DNA of 64,000 nucleotides from a virus (IMGVR_UViG_3300042881_003883:83930-147929), one strand, 5' to 3'. Shown: positions 47,412-58,098, numbered from the stretch's first letter. Made by a program: numbers and translations. Notes: generated by a model not told the origin, from the letters alone.

Positions 47412-48263
47412 ATGAAAGTATTAGTAACAGGCGGGAACGGCTTCATCGGTTCAAACTTAATTAAACGATTACTATCCGAAGGACATCATGTAGTTTCATT
47501 GGATGACCTTTCAACTGGATTGAAGGAGTATGAAATTGAAGGATGTAATTATGTGTATGGTGATATAGAACATTTGATGTATTGGAAAGGTGATAACTTT
47601 GATTTATGTTACCATCTTGCTGCACTAAGTAGAATCCAACCATCATTTGATGACCCAATGGAAACATTTAGGGTAAATGCGGGTGGTACACAAATGGTAG
47701 CTGAATGGGCTAAAGAAAATAATGTAAAGGTAGTTTACGCAGGTTCATCATCTCGTTGGTGTAACCCTCAAACTTCACCATACGCAACTGATAAGAAGAT
47801 TGGTGAGGATATCTTAAAGATGTACAAAACTGCTTATGGTTGTGATTTTGAAATTTGTAGATTCTATAATGTCTATGGTCCAAATGAATTAGTAGATGGT
47901 AAATGGGCAGCTGTAATTGGAATTTGGAGATATCAACTTCAAAATGGATTACCATTTACAATAGTTGGTGATGGTGACCAACGCAGAGATTTCACTCACG
48001 TTGAAGATATTGTTGATGGATTGTATAGAGTTGGTATGGGTTCAGAAAAGCATGATGATGCTTGGGAATTGGGAACTGGTGTTAACTATTCTATAAATGA
48101 AATTTATGATATGATGGTAGAAAGATTTGGTGAAATCCAAAAAGTACATATCCCAGACCAAGCTGGAAATTATCGTTCAACTTTAAGAGAAAACTATGAT
48201 ACTTTAAATCGATTAGGTTGGAGTCCATCTGATAAATTACATTCATACATACAATCCCTATGA
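47412..48263 (+). CDS. NAD-dependent epimerase/dehydratase (short-chain SDR, sugar-nucleotide type)
   Basis: VLVTGGNGFIGSNL Rossmann motif; YATDK (YxxxK). Confidence 0.7.
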   Translation: MKVLVTGGNGFIGSNLIKRLLSEGHHVVSLDDLSTGLKEYEIEGCNYVYGDIEHLMYWKGDNFDLCYHLAALSRIQPSFDDPMETFRVNAGGTQMVAEWAKENNVKVVYAGSSSRWCNPQTSPYATDKKIGEDILKMYKTAYGCDFEICRFYNVYGPNELVDGKWAAVIGIWRYQLQNGLPFTIVGDGDQRRDFTHVEDIVDGLYRVGMGSEKHDDAWELGTGVNYSINEIYDMMVERFGEIQKVHIPDQAGNYRSTLRENYDTLNRLGWSPSDKLHSYIQSL

Positions 48264-48808
48264 GTAAAATAGTAAATCTATTTGGAGGACCTGGTATTGG
48301 GAAATCATCCATTGCCAATGGTCTTACATATAAGTTAAAAAAGAAACACATAAGTTGTGATAATCCATATGAGTTTCCAAAAGTATTGGCATGGGATGAG
48401 AATCATTCTGCTATCAAAGACCAATTGTATGTACTTGCAAACCAACATAGGGGAATTGTTAAGAGTTATGGGAAGGTTGACTATATTATATTGGATTCAC
48501 CAATTGTATTATCATTGGTATATAAATCAGTATATAAAGGTACTGAGTACCCAGCAACGCTGTATGGTGATTCATTTGATAAAATGGTGTTAGACATTCA
48601 TAATCAATATGATACGCTTAATATCGTTCTAAAACGTTCTGAGGGTGGGTATAATGAAAAGGAAAGGTACCAATCATTGAATGAATCCAAAATGCTGGAT
48701 TTGGAGATAGAAAATACCCTAATTAAACACCATATTCCATTTATTTATGTAGATGTTAACGATGATACTTTAAAAAACATACTAAAATATTTGGATATTC
48801 CAAATTAA
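48260..48808 (+). CDS. P-loop NTPase / nucleotide kinase-like
   Basis: Walker A GGPGIGKSS; ~180 aa, dNK/dNMP-kinase-like size. Confidence 0.55.
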   Translation: MSKIVNLFGGPGIGKSSIANGLTYKLKKKHISCDNPYEFPKVLAWDENHSAIKDQLYVLANQHRGIVKSYGKVDYIILDSPIVLSLVYKSVYKGTEYPATLYGDSFDKMVLDIHNQYDTLNIVLKRSEGGYNEKERYQSLNESKMLDLEIENTLIKHHIPFIYVDVNDDTLKNILKYLDIPN

Positions 48809-48813
48809 TTTCG

Positions 48814-48821
48814 TATATTTG
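48814..48821 (+). promoter_or_regulatory. -7 promoter box TATATTTG (AATTAATTTCGTATATTTG class)
   Basis: 30 nt upstream of ATG 48851. Confidence 0.55.
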
Positions 48822-48850
48822 ATTATTAATAACTTAAAACTCTAAAATAT

Positions 48851-49195
48851 ATGGCAGCAAGGAAACAAAATCAGTTTAAGTATGGTATCGAAATCACCAA
48901 ACCTTGGTCAAAAGAAATGTATGACCATAATGATAAGGTAGCTGAAATTGTTAAACAAAACATTGAAAAAGCACTATTTGAAATCTTTAAAGATGGTGAT
49001 GAAAAATCACTTCGTGAAATATCAAAATCGGTATGTGCACATGGATTCGGTGATGGGTATTCATTTGAGGATATCTATAATGAAACTATGAATGATTTGG
49101 ATATGGCTCAAAACTATTGGTTGAATGATATCTATGATGATATTGTTTCAGATGGATTTGCACCTAAGTTGGATGTATTTTTTATTGGTTATTAA
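48851..49195 (+). CDS. hypothetical acidic protein
   Basis: ORF. Confidence 0.5.
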   Translation: MAARKQNQFKYGIEITKPWSKEMYDHNDKVAEIVKQNIEKALFEIFKDGDEKSLREISKSVCAHGFGDGYSFEDIYNETMNDLDMAQNYWLNDIYDDIVSDGFAPKLDVFFIGY

Positions 49196-49196
49196 T

Positions 49197-49403
49197 ATGG
49201 TAAGTAAATTAAAAGAAGAGTGGTCTGTTGACCCACAACTTAAACATTGGAATGGTAAAAGTTCAGTTCAAGATGATAAATGTGGATGTTCTACACCCAC
49301 ATTAGTTGAACTTTGGGAGCATGATAGTTGTGTAAGGGGTAGAATTGATACCATCGTATGTACAAATTGTAATAAGATTAACTCATTTAATATCGTAAGA
49401 TAA
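49197..49403 (+). CDS. small Cys-rich zinc-ribbon-like protein
   Basis: CGCS...C..G...CTNCNK; track ORF 49125 overlaps the upstream gene, ATG 49197 preferred. Confidence 0.45.
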   Translation: MVSKLKEEWSVDPQLKHWNGKSSVQDDKCGCSTPTLVELWEHDSCVRGRIDTIVCTNCNKINSFNIVR

Positions 49404-49414
49404 AAAATTAAATT

Positions 49415-49825
49415 ATGAAAAAAAGAATTTACTTAGATGATGTAAGAACTCCAGTAGATAAAGAATCTTGGGTAGTTGTTAGAAACTATGAACAATTTAT
49501 TGATACAGTTACTTACATTGGATTGGAAAATATTGACTTGATTTCATTGGACCACGATTTAGGAGATACTGCAATGGCAGAGTGGCATAAGAATGTATAT
49601 CACAATTATGAATTAAACTATGATAATATTAAGGAAAAGACTGGAATGGATTGCACTAAATGGTTGGTTAATCAATGGTTGGACGGACATGCTGTTGTTG
49701 ATGTTGTAATACATTCAGCAAACGCAATTGGTTCAGCAAATATGATGGGATACATTAACAATTATAGACACGTTAGTAGATTACCACAAAATTGTGTAAG
49801 AGTACAAATAGAACATACAGTATAA
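49415..49825 (+). CDS. hypothetical protein with YLDDVRTP...SLDHDLG motif
   Basis: ORF; conserved-looking acidic motif, family not recognised. Confidence 0.5.
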   Translation: MKKRIYLDDVRTPVDKESWVVVRNYEQFIDTVTYIGLENIDLISLDHDLGDTAMAEWHKNVYHNYELNYDNIKEKTGMDCTKWLVNQWLDGHAVVDVVIHSANAIGSANMMGYINNYRHVSRLPQNCVRVQIEHTV

Positions 49826-49828
49826 AAT

Positions 49829-50083
49829 ATGAAAACAATTTATAAATATCCGGTAACTTCACAAGACTGCACTTTAAAATTACCTAAAGGTGCTGAAATC
49901 CTAACAGTTAAATTGCATGGTGAATTTCCATGTCTTTGGGCCGTAGTAAATCCTAAAGAGAAAGTAGAAGAAAGACACATTTGCATTGTGGGTACTGGTT
50001 GGGATATTGATGAAGGTATGAAATATATTGAAACATACATTGATGGATACTTTGTATGGCACGTATTTGAATTAATAAAATAA
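49829..50083 (+). CDS. hypothetical small protein
   Basis: ORF. Confidence 0.45.
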   Translation: MKTIYKYPVTSQDCTLKLPKGAEILTVKLHGEFPCLWAVVNPKEKVEERHICIVGTGWDIDEGMKYIETYIDGYFVWHVFELIK

Positions 50084-50086
50084 ATT

Positions 50087-50746
50087 ATGAAAGTAGGATT
50101 TGCAGATAGTTTTGGAGATAGCTTAAAAACTCTGATTAGACATGAAAGTTGGTGGTATAAAACTTACGAAGTAGTTCGTTATAAGATACCGGTATTTTTT
50201 AAAAACATTTATAGATTCCGTAAAATGTTATGGAACCATAGATGGTATGATTACCGATTCACATTAGAGGCATTACAAACTTCATTAGAAATAATGGAAG
50301 CAAAGATGCATGATGGTATAGAGGTTAGAGAATCACGTGATAAGAAGATTGCCAAAATGCAAAGAGCAATCCAAATTCTTAAAAACATTAACGATGATAA
50401 ATACATCGATATGGCTGAAGGGGAATTGGGGGTTCTTTATATGAGAGATTGGCAATTTGAAGAAACTGGTGAAACTACTGATAATCCATTTGGAGAAAAT
50501 AATGAAAAACTTTATGTATTAGTAGATAATGAAACTCCATCAGAAAAGAAACACAATCGTAAAGTTTTTGATAGAGCTAGAAAGTTAGAAGCGCAAGAGT
50601 GGAAAGAACTTTGGAAAATCTTCGAAGGACAGGATATAAATGGATATAAAAAATTCAAAACTACAAAATCAGCTGAAGAAATGTTAAAAACTGATACATG
50701 GAACGAATGGTTTGATGGTTCGGATATGAGGGGCTGGTGGGATTAA
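50087..50746 (+). CDS. hypothetical protein (Trp-rich)
   Basis: ORF. Confidence 0.5.
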   Translation: MKVGFADSFGDSLKTLIRHESWWYKTYEVVRYKIPVFFKNIYRFRKMLWNHRWYDYRFTLEALQTSLEIMEAKMHDGIEVRESRDKKIAKMQRAIQILKNINDDKYIDMAEGELGVLYMRDWQFEETGETTDNPFGENNEKLYVLVDNETPSEKKHNRKVFDRARKLEAQEWKELWKIFEGQDINGYKKFKTTKSAEEMLKTDTWNEWFDGSDMRGWWD

Positions 50747-50756
50747 AAATTAGAAT

Positions 50757-51038
50757 ATGGCAATAAGTGCAACAAACCAACCTCGTAAATTTGAACGTAT
50801 CTATAAAGATGATGATGGTTGTATATCTATTTGGAAGTATGATTTAGATAGAACTACAAATGGACCTGTTTCTGTTGAGATTAAATATCCAGCTGGTTGG
50901 GATAAAGCATATAAAGATGCACAAAAGCAGGCAGCATTAGAGAAAAAAGGTAAGTTGGGTGAGTTACATGATGCGTTCGCTAAGTTGGATGAAAAACGTA
51001 AAAGAGAAAAAGCTAAACAAACACCAAATAAAAAATAA
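50757..51038 (+). CDS. hypothetical protein
   Basis: ORF. Confidence 0.45.
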   Translation: MAISATNQPRKFERIYKDDDGCISIWKYDLDRTTNGPVSVEIKYPAGWDKAYKDAQKQAALEKKGKLGELHDAFAKLDEKRKREKAKQTPNKK

Positions 51039-51041
51039 ACT

Positions 51042-51302
51042 ATGAGTTATAATAGAGAAAAAATTAATGAGGTAAACCCAGACGCATATATATGGGATGA
51101 TATGGATGAAGCTATTGTTGGAATTTCCGATAGTGGTAGAGTTATATATGATATCTATAAAATGGAATGCTTAGTTTATGATGAGAATAAAGAAAATATG
51201 ACATTTGAGGAAGCTGTTGAGTGGGTTGAGTTTAACGTACTATCAGCATACTTAGGTGATTTTACTCCAATTCATATTTGGACAATACCAACAAAAGAAT
51301 AG
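51042..51302 (+). CDS. hypothetical acidic protein
   Basis: ORF. Confidence 0.45.
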   Translation: MSYNREKINEVNPDAYIWDDMDEAIVGISDSGRVIYDIYKMECLVYDENKENMTFEEAVEWVEFNVLSAYLGDFTPIHIWTIPTKE

Positions 51303-51308
51303 AAAGAT

Positions 51309-52412
51309 ATGAATAAAATAGATAAACAATATCAGGATTTACTTCAAACCATTTTAGATTATGGTATTGATAAGAAAGATAGAACTGGTACTGGCACAAA
51401 GTCAATATTTGGTTATACTATCAGACACAATATGAAAGATGGATTTCCACTTCTAACAACTAAGAAGATGCCATTTAAAACTATTGTAACTGAATTACTA
51501 TGGTTTTTGAAGGGTGATACTAATATTAAGTATTTGGTTGATAATGGTTGTAACATTTGGAATGGTGATGCCTATAAAAACTACGTTGATACTGTTGATA
51601 AGATGTGGTTAAAATCTGACATTGGGGATTTAGATGATATGATTTATGACAGACTACTACTTGTTGTAGGGGATGAAATAAGACTTTTGACTCAAGAAGA
51701 ATTTATATATACAATTAAATTAGATGATGAGTTTGCTAGTAGATACGGTGAATTAGGACCAATTTATGGTAAGCAATGGAGGAAGTGGGCACATGAAGCG
51801 GGTGAGATTAACAAAGGTGGTGTAGACCAAATACAAAACCTAATCAATGACCTTAAAACAAATCCAGACTCAAGACGATTAATGGTTAATGCTTGGAATG
51901 TAGGTGAATTAGACCAAATGGTTCTTCCACCTTGTCATTATGGATTTCAAGTTTATACGAGAGAGTTGAGCCATGAAGAGAGAATAGGTGTATGTTTAGG
52001 TCAAAGACCAGAATCTAAGTTTGCAGCTCATGTTGATACAAATGAGATATTAATGAACGATTGGGGTATTCCAACTCGAGCAATCTCATTAATGTGGAAT
52101 CAACGCTCAGTAGATACATTCTTAGGTTTACCATTCAACATAGCATCTTATGGATTGTTATTAGAAATCATTGCTAAAGAAGTAAATATGATACCTGATG
52201 AATTGATTGGAAATTTAGGTGATACACATTTGTATTTAAATCACATTGAACAAGCAAAAGAACAAATTAGTAGAAAACCATTTGAGTTACCTACGCTAAA
52301 ATTCAATCCTTGTCCTATAACAGGAATAGATATAGAATACCAAAGTATTGCGCAATTTGAAATTGAAAATTATCAATCACATCCAGCAATCAAAGCACCA
52401 TTATCAAATTAA
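51309..52412 (+). CDS. thyA: thymidylate synthase (ThyA family) with ~50-60 aa insertions
   Basis: RTGTGTKSIFG, LLWFLKGDTN, GELGPIYGKQWRKW, DSRRLMVNAWN, LPPCHYGFQVY (catalytic Cys); 367 aa, longer than the usual ~265-316. Confidence 0.85.
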   Translation: MNKIDKQYQDLLQTILDYGIDKKDRTGTGTKSIFGYTIRHNMKDGFPLLTTKKMPFKTIVTELLWFLKGDTNIKYLVDNGCNIWNGDAYKNYVDTVDKMWLKSDIGDLDDMIYDRLLLVVGDEIRLLTQEEFIYTIKLDDEFASRYGELGPIYGKQWRKWAHEAGEINKGGVDQIQNLINDLKTNPDSRRLMVNAWNVGELDQMVLPPCHYGFQVYTRELSHEERIGVCLGQRPESKFAAHVDTNEILMNDWGIPTRAISLMWNQRSVDTFLGLPFNIASYGLLLEIIAKEVNMIPDELIGNLGDTHLYLNHIEQAKEQISRKPFELPTLKFNPCPITGIDIEYQSIAQFEIENYQSHPAIKAPLSN

Positions 52413-52417
52413 AAATT

Positions 52418-52978
52418 ATGAAATCAAATTTAACAGAAAAATTATTATCAATCTGCGGAGATGCAGATAAAACTTATGGATACTTCGATAGTGAATTTAT
52501 TATTAAATTAACTGAAGAACAACGTATTCAAGTAGAATCAGAATTAATCAAGTCTTTAGGATTTGATAAGATAGTATGGATGGACCTACCAGCTGGTTTG
52601 ACTGAAGATGGAGAAAAGGCAGTTGTTATGAAAACTCACAAAATGTCAGATGTTGAAGAACCACCTTATATGGGTAAAGTAGGGTATGTTTACACTATAA
52701 TGTTTACTCCAAAAATGTATGACCCGATGGAAATATATAAACCAGTAAAAGATGGTTGTGTTTTTGGTCCTATTGTATATAATCCAGAAACATTCGAACC
52801 TACACAAAGTATCACGTTAACTTGGTCACCTGAATTTGCACAAGATTTTCCAACTAACAACAATGAGGAGATGCTGAAACAAAGTTTAATAGAGCGTTTA
52901 GAAAAAGTATTAGATAATCCTGAAGAATATAGACCAAATGGATTTATAGGATGTTTACTAAGATACGCTGCAGTATAA
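52418..52978 (+). CDS. hypothetical protein
   Basis: ORF. Confidence 0.5.
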   Translation: MKSNLTEKLLSICGDADKTYGYFDSEFIIKLTEEQRIQVESELIKSLGFDKIVWMDLPAGLTEDGEKAVVMKTHKMSDVEEPPYMGKVGYVYTIMFTPKMYDPMEIYKPVKDGCVFGPIVYNPETFEPTQSITLTWSPEFAQDFPTNNNEEMLKQSLIERLEKVLDNPEEYRPNGFIGCLLRYAAV

Positions 52979-53005
52979 TTAAAACCAACAATTAAAGCAT
53001 AAATA

Positions 53006-53152
53006 ATGATTATATTTAAAATTATTGGAATTTGTACGATAGTTAATTTTTTATTTATCGCTTACCATATGTGGAAAGCACCTGAGATGGATGAACAAAC
53101 GGGTAGAATTATAAAAGAAGGTAAAAAACTATCCGATATTTTTAAAAAATAA
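53006..53152 (+). CDS. small single-TM protein (48 aa)
   Basis: IIFKIIGICTIVNFLFIAY helix; not in supplied track. Confidence 0.3.
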   Translation: MIIFKIIGICTIVNFLFIAYHMWKAPEMDEQTGRIIKEGKKLSDIFKK

Positions 53153-53158
53153 ATTAAA

Positions 53159-53401
53159 ATGACAATTCATATATCGGTATATGATTTAGAATCCAAAGTT
53201 CGTAAATTATATTTAGAAGATAAAATACAAAGCTTAGGAATAGATTATCAGCCAAACTCAATTACTGGTTGGTATGATGGTAACGAAATTGAAGTATTTA
53301 ACTTTAATAGGGTATGTAGAATGGATAACAGATGGAGTGGTTATGTATTACATAAAAACAAAACAGAAATAATAATTGAAATTACAAACTTATGGAAATA
53401 A
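53159..53401 (+). CDS. hypothetical small protein
   Basis: ORF. Confidence 0.45.
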   Translation: MTIHISVYDLESKVRKLYLEDKIQSLGIDYQPNSITGWYDGNEIEVFNFNRVCRMDNRWSGYVLHKNKTEIIIEITNLWK

Positions 53402-53607
53402 ACGATGGACACTATTTGGAATTAATGGATAGACTTCATGTAGTATGTTGTACAATTGATGAACATATATTAAATCATCCACTTACGGAAGTTAATCCGG
53501 ATATACAAACAAAAATTGAAAAAGCATTGGAATTATTATACGATGCATACCAAGACGCTGGGAATTTAGATTCCCAACTTGATGATGGTAAATTAAATAA
53601 CAAATAA
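53392..53607 (+). CDS. hypothetical small acidic protein
   Basis: ORF. Confidence 0.45.
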   Translation: MEINDGHYLELMDRLHVVCCTIDEHILNHPLTEVNPDIQTKIEKALELLYDAYQDAGNLDSQLDDGKLNNK

Positions 53608-53617
53608 AAACAAAATT

Positions 53618-53788
53618 ATGAGAAAATTTTATAGAAGTAGTAAGAACAAATTCCTAAGTGGTATTTGTGGTGGTTTGGGTTACCACACTAAAGTAGACCC
53701 AATTTTATGGAGAGCGTTATTAGTTGTCTTAGGACCGGCAGCAGTAATACCATATATAGTTTTAACATTTTTAACTGAAGATAAATAA
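53618..53788 (+). CDS. PspC-domain small membrane protein
   Basis: RSSKNKFLSGICGGLGYHTKVDPILWRALLVVL matches the PspC-domain R...DK.I.GVCGGIA.Y...DP..VR consensus; not in supplied track. Confidence 0.55.
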   Translation: MRKFYRSSKNKFLSGICGGLGYHTKVDPILWRALLVVLGPAAVIPYIVLTFLTEDK

Positions 53789-53789
53789 T

Positions 53790-54302
53790 ATGTTACCTTT
53801 AAAAGAAGCAACTGCTGAAAAGCACAAATTGGCTGAAAGAATGCCATTCAACGGATTGATGTTTAGTGGTAGATTAACCGCATCTCAATATGGTGAGTAT
53901 CTTAAATCACAATTAGCAATCTTTTCAACATTGGAAAACAACTTTGAATTTCCAAATGAGGGATTAAAGAGAGTATCAGCTGTAAGTGAGGATTTGGGAT
54001 ACTTAGGTGTATCAGATGTTTCACCTGATTCAGCAACCGAATCATATATTCAATATCTAAAAGGATTAACACAAGATGAGGCAAATGCTCATATCTATCT
54101 TAACTACTTAGCAATTATGTTTGGTGGACAGATGATGAAAGAGAAAACACCCGGTCAAGGTAAAATGTATGATTTTGAAAATATGATGGAATGTGCTGGT
54201 TCAATCAGAGCTATTCAAAAAGATGAATGGGCAGATGAGGTAAATGCAGGATTTGATTTTATGATTGAAATCTTTAAAGAATTAGAAAAATGTACGATTT
54301 AG
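53790..54302 (+). CDS. heme oxygenase (compact HO family)
   Basis: LKEATAEKHKLAE vs HO-1 LKEATKEVHTQAE (proximal His); HIYLNYLAIMFGGQMMKEK vs HAYTRYLGDLSGGQVLKKI; IEIFKELEK vs IQLFEELQ. Confidence 0.8.
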   Translation: MLPLKEATAEKHKLAERMPFNGLMFSGRLTASQYGEYLKSQLAIFSTLENNFEFPNEGLKRVSAVSEDLGYLGVSDVSPDSATESYIQYLKGLTQDEANAHIYLNYLAIMFGGQMMKEKTPGQGKMYDFENMMECAGSIRAIQKDEWADEVNAGFDFMIEIFKELEKCTI

Positions 54303-54931
54303 TAGAACGTATAACATATCATAGTGAGAAGTTTAAAAACCTCATCGAATCAATCGATGGGGTTAAAGAACTCCATACTGATGATTATGGTTGGGAGAAC
54401 TACCGATACGAATCACCAATTTTCAGATTAGCTCACGTAGAGAGATACTTTGTAGGTTCACTTGCAGTTTGTCACATCACTTGTTTCCCACATAAGAACT
54501 CAAAAGCACCAATCTTTGGATTTGATGTAGTTGGTGGTACTAATAGTGGAAAGATAAGTGGAGCATTTATAGATTGTTCCCCAGTCCTTTATGATGAAGA
54601 TTGGCATAATACTGAATGGAACACCGATAGAAAGTTACCTTATTGGGCATCGGTATTTTCGGAACAATTCATAGCAGTAAGACCTACTGAAGATGAATAT
54701 GAGAAAATATTTGAAACTGCTTGGGGGGTATTTCAACGATATATTGAACAATTAAGAAGTGAAGTAGATATTACATCCGATTCAAATGAGTTGAGAATTA
54801 TTATAGAAAACCAAAACATATATTGTAGACACCAAGCTGATAATCCTCGTACATTTGGTGCATTGAAAACGGAAATTGGAGAAGAGAGGGCTACCTACTT
54901 TATGCAAAAAGTACTATTTCCAGAAATATAA
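54290..54931 (+). CDS. ferredoxin-dependent bilin reductase (FDBR; PcyA/PebS/PcyX-like)
   Basis: FRLAHVERYFVGSLAVCHITCFPHKNSKAPIFGFDVVGG matches FDBR core RRAHVE...VLHCV.FP....P.FG.D.VGG; 12 nt overlap with the heme oxygenase gene. Confidence 0.7.
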   Translation: MYDLVERITYHSEKFKNLIESIDGVKELHTDDYGWENYRYESPIFRLAHVERYFVGSLAVCHITCFPHKNSKAPIFGFDVVGGTNSGKISGAFIDCSPVLYDEDWHNTEWNTDRKLPYWASVFSEQFIAVRPTEDEYEKIFETAWGVFQRYIEQLRSEVDITSDSNELRIIIENQNIYCRHQADNPRTFGALKTEIGEERATYFMQKVLFPEI

Positions 54932-54936
54932 AAATA

Positions 54937-55251
54937 TTGAAAACCAAAAAACTATATCTTAACAACGATTCCATATTAAAATGGGTAGAATTAAATAGGG
55001 ATACAATCAACCAATTATTGTATGAGAATGTATTTGATTTCGCAAAATCTGACAAAATGTCATTTTCAATCATGCGAATCTACTCATTTGATGACAAAGA
55101 TTCAAATGGTATGGATATTGTAACTAATCTATTGATTACAAAAGAAGAGTTGTATGATACAGTTGAAAAATTGTTAAAGGCATATGAGGGTGATGAATAT
55201 TACGAAAGATGTGCAGAATTACTAAAACTTAAAAATAGTTTGGTAGATTAA
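54937..55251 (+). CDS. hypothetical protein
   Basis: ORF. Confidence 0.45.
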   Translation: MKTKKLYLNNDSILKWVELNRDTINQLLYENVFDFAKSDKMSFSIMRIYSFDDKDSNGMDIVTNLLITKEELYDTVEKLLKAYEGDEYYERCAELLKLKNSLVD

Positions 55252-55262
55252 AATATTTTTCG

Positions 55263-55270
55263 TATATTTG
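55263..55270 (+). promoter_or_regulatory. -7 promoter box TATATTTG
   Basis: TTTTCGTATATTTG, 22 nt upstream of ATG 55293. Confidence 0.55.
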
Positions 55271-55292
55271 TAGAAATATAAAATTAACGCAT

Positions 55293-55553
55293 ATGAGAGC
55301 ATTGGAGGGAGGAAGATTTTCGGTAAATGAATTTTTTGAAGCATTTGGAAATATGCCTAAAGATAATGATTTACATCGAATAACTCAAACATTCATCAAA
55401 GCTTACCATAGGAATGGTACAGACCCATTCGAATTGGTTAAGGGGTTTGGTATTGATTGGGTGGAACTTCTTATGAAATATAATGAACAAGTTGAAGAGT
55501 ACGAATTATGTGCTATCTTCAGAGATTTAATAAATGATTATAAAAACAAATAA
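55293..55553 (+). CDS. hypothetical protein
   Basis: ORF. Confidence 0.45.
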   Translation: MRALEGGRFSVNEFFEAFGNMPKDNDLHRITQTFIKAYHRNGTDPFELVKGFGIDWVELLMKYNEQVEEYELCAIFRDLINDYKNK

Positions 55554-55558
55554 AGATT

Positions 55559-55855
55559 ATGGCAGAAAATGTAGGAAAACCATTAGGAGATAGAGTTCTC
55601 TTAAAATTAGAAGATACTTCAGATAAAAAATCATCTGGTGGTATCATCTTAAATCAATCAACTCAAACAGTTGTGGAAGCAGTTGTAATTGCAGTTAGTG
55701 ATGGATACCCATCACAAGGTGGTGAGTGGATTAAATTATCAGTAAATGAAGGTGATAAAGTATTAATATCAAATGGAACTCCTGGTGAGAAAATTAAGTT
55801 AGGTGGGGTTAGTTATAACCTTGTTAGAGATTCGGATTTATTAATGAAATTATAA
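55559..55855 (+). CDS. groES: co-chaperonin GroES
   Basis: 98 aa; KPLGDRVLLK...SSGGIIL mobile-loop region typical of Cpn10. Confidence 0.85.
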   Translation: MAENVGKPLGDRVLLKLEDTSDKKSSGGIILNQSTQTVVEAVVIAVSDGYPSQGGEWIKLSVNEGDKVLISNGTPGEKIKLGGVSYNLVRDSDLLMKL

Positions 55856-57463
<1,608 letters not shown>

Positions 57464-57514
57464 TACTTATATAGGAATCCTGTCGTAATTTAAAGTGACT
57501 GGACCTAACAAGAA

Positions 57515-57545
57515 CCCCAACCCCGTAAGGTTGGGGATTTTTTGT
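57515..57545 (+). terminator. rho-independent terminator after groEL
   Basis: CCCCAACC-CCGTAA-GGTTGGGG hairpin plus ATTTTTTGTG. Confidence 0.75.
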
Positions 57546-57577
57546 GCCATTGATTATCAACACGTTATAAAAAAGTT

Positions 57578-57673
57578 GAAAAATAATTGGCAAAAGGCTT
57601 GTTTATATCAGGAATTATTCGTAGGTTTACATAGTAATAAGAGATGATAATTAAACCCCTAAAATTAAAAATT
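57578..57673 (+). promoter_or_regulatory. repeated promoter-leader cassette, copy E
   Basis: GAAAAATAATTGGCAAAAGGCTTGTTTATATCAGGAATTATTCGTAGGTTTACATAGTAATAAGAGATGATAATTAAACCCCTAAAATTAAAAATT. Confidence 0.6.
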
Positions 57674-58015
57674 ATGAACAAAGAGAAATTTAACGAAGTA
57701 TTTGAGAAAAAAGTTGGCTATGATTCAGAGAACAAAAAGTTCTTAATTAGGGTATATCCATCCCTTATCAAAGTAATTAATAATAATCCAAAACCAAAGT
57801 GGGTGGATGTTATTGAGGATATGTTAGGATATAAGAGTAGCGGATATTATTCATCAATCCGTAGATGTTTAAAAGAGATTGATGTATGTACCTATGATAA
57901 AAGTGTAGGTCATTTTGTTAAAGGTTCAAATTGGGATAGGTTCGTATCTAATGAAAATTGGAATTGGTTTATTTGTAAAACAGGTAGTTGTGAACGTTCA
58001 TTTGTTAAAAAATAA
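57674..58015 (+). CDS. hypothetical Cys-containing protein
   Basis: Track start 57644 is an ATG created by a 2-nt insertion inside the conserved leader; ATG 57674 matches the leader-ATG spacing of other copies. Confidence 0.5.
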   Translation: MNKEKFNEVFEKKVGYDSENKKFLIRVYPSLIKVINNNPKPKWVDVIEDMLGYKSSGYYSSIRRCLKEIDVCTYDKSVGHFVKGSNWDRFVSNENWNWFICKTGSCERSFVKK

Positions 58016-58023
58016 TTACGAAA

Positions 58024-58098
58024 TGTCTTGTTTATATCAGGAATTATTCGTATGTTTACAGAGTAATAAGAGATAATTAAACCCCTAAAACTAATAAA
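58024..58098 (+). promoter_or_regulatory. repeated promoter-leader cassette, copy F
   Basis: GTCTTGTTTATATCAGGAATTATTCGTATGTTTACAGAGTAATAAGAGATAATTAAACCCCTAAAACTAATAAA. Confidence 0.6.

Noticed and set aside
57644-57673. Track start 57644 (MIIKPLKLKI...) as the true N-terminus
   Set aside because: The ATG arises from a TG insertion inside the otherwise non-coding conserved leader (TAAGAGATgATAATTAAACCCCTAAAA). The other seven copies show this sequence untranslated, so the ATG at 57674 is preferred.
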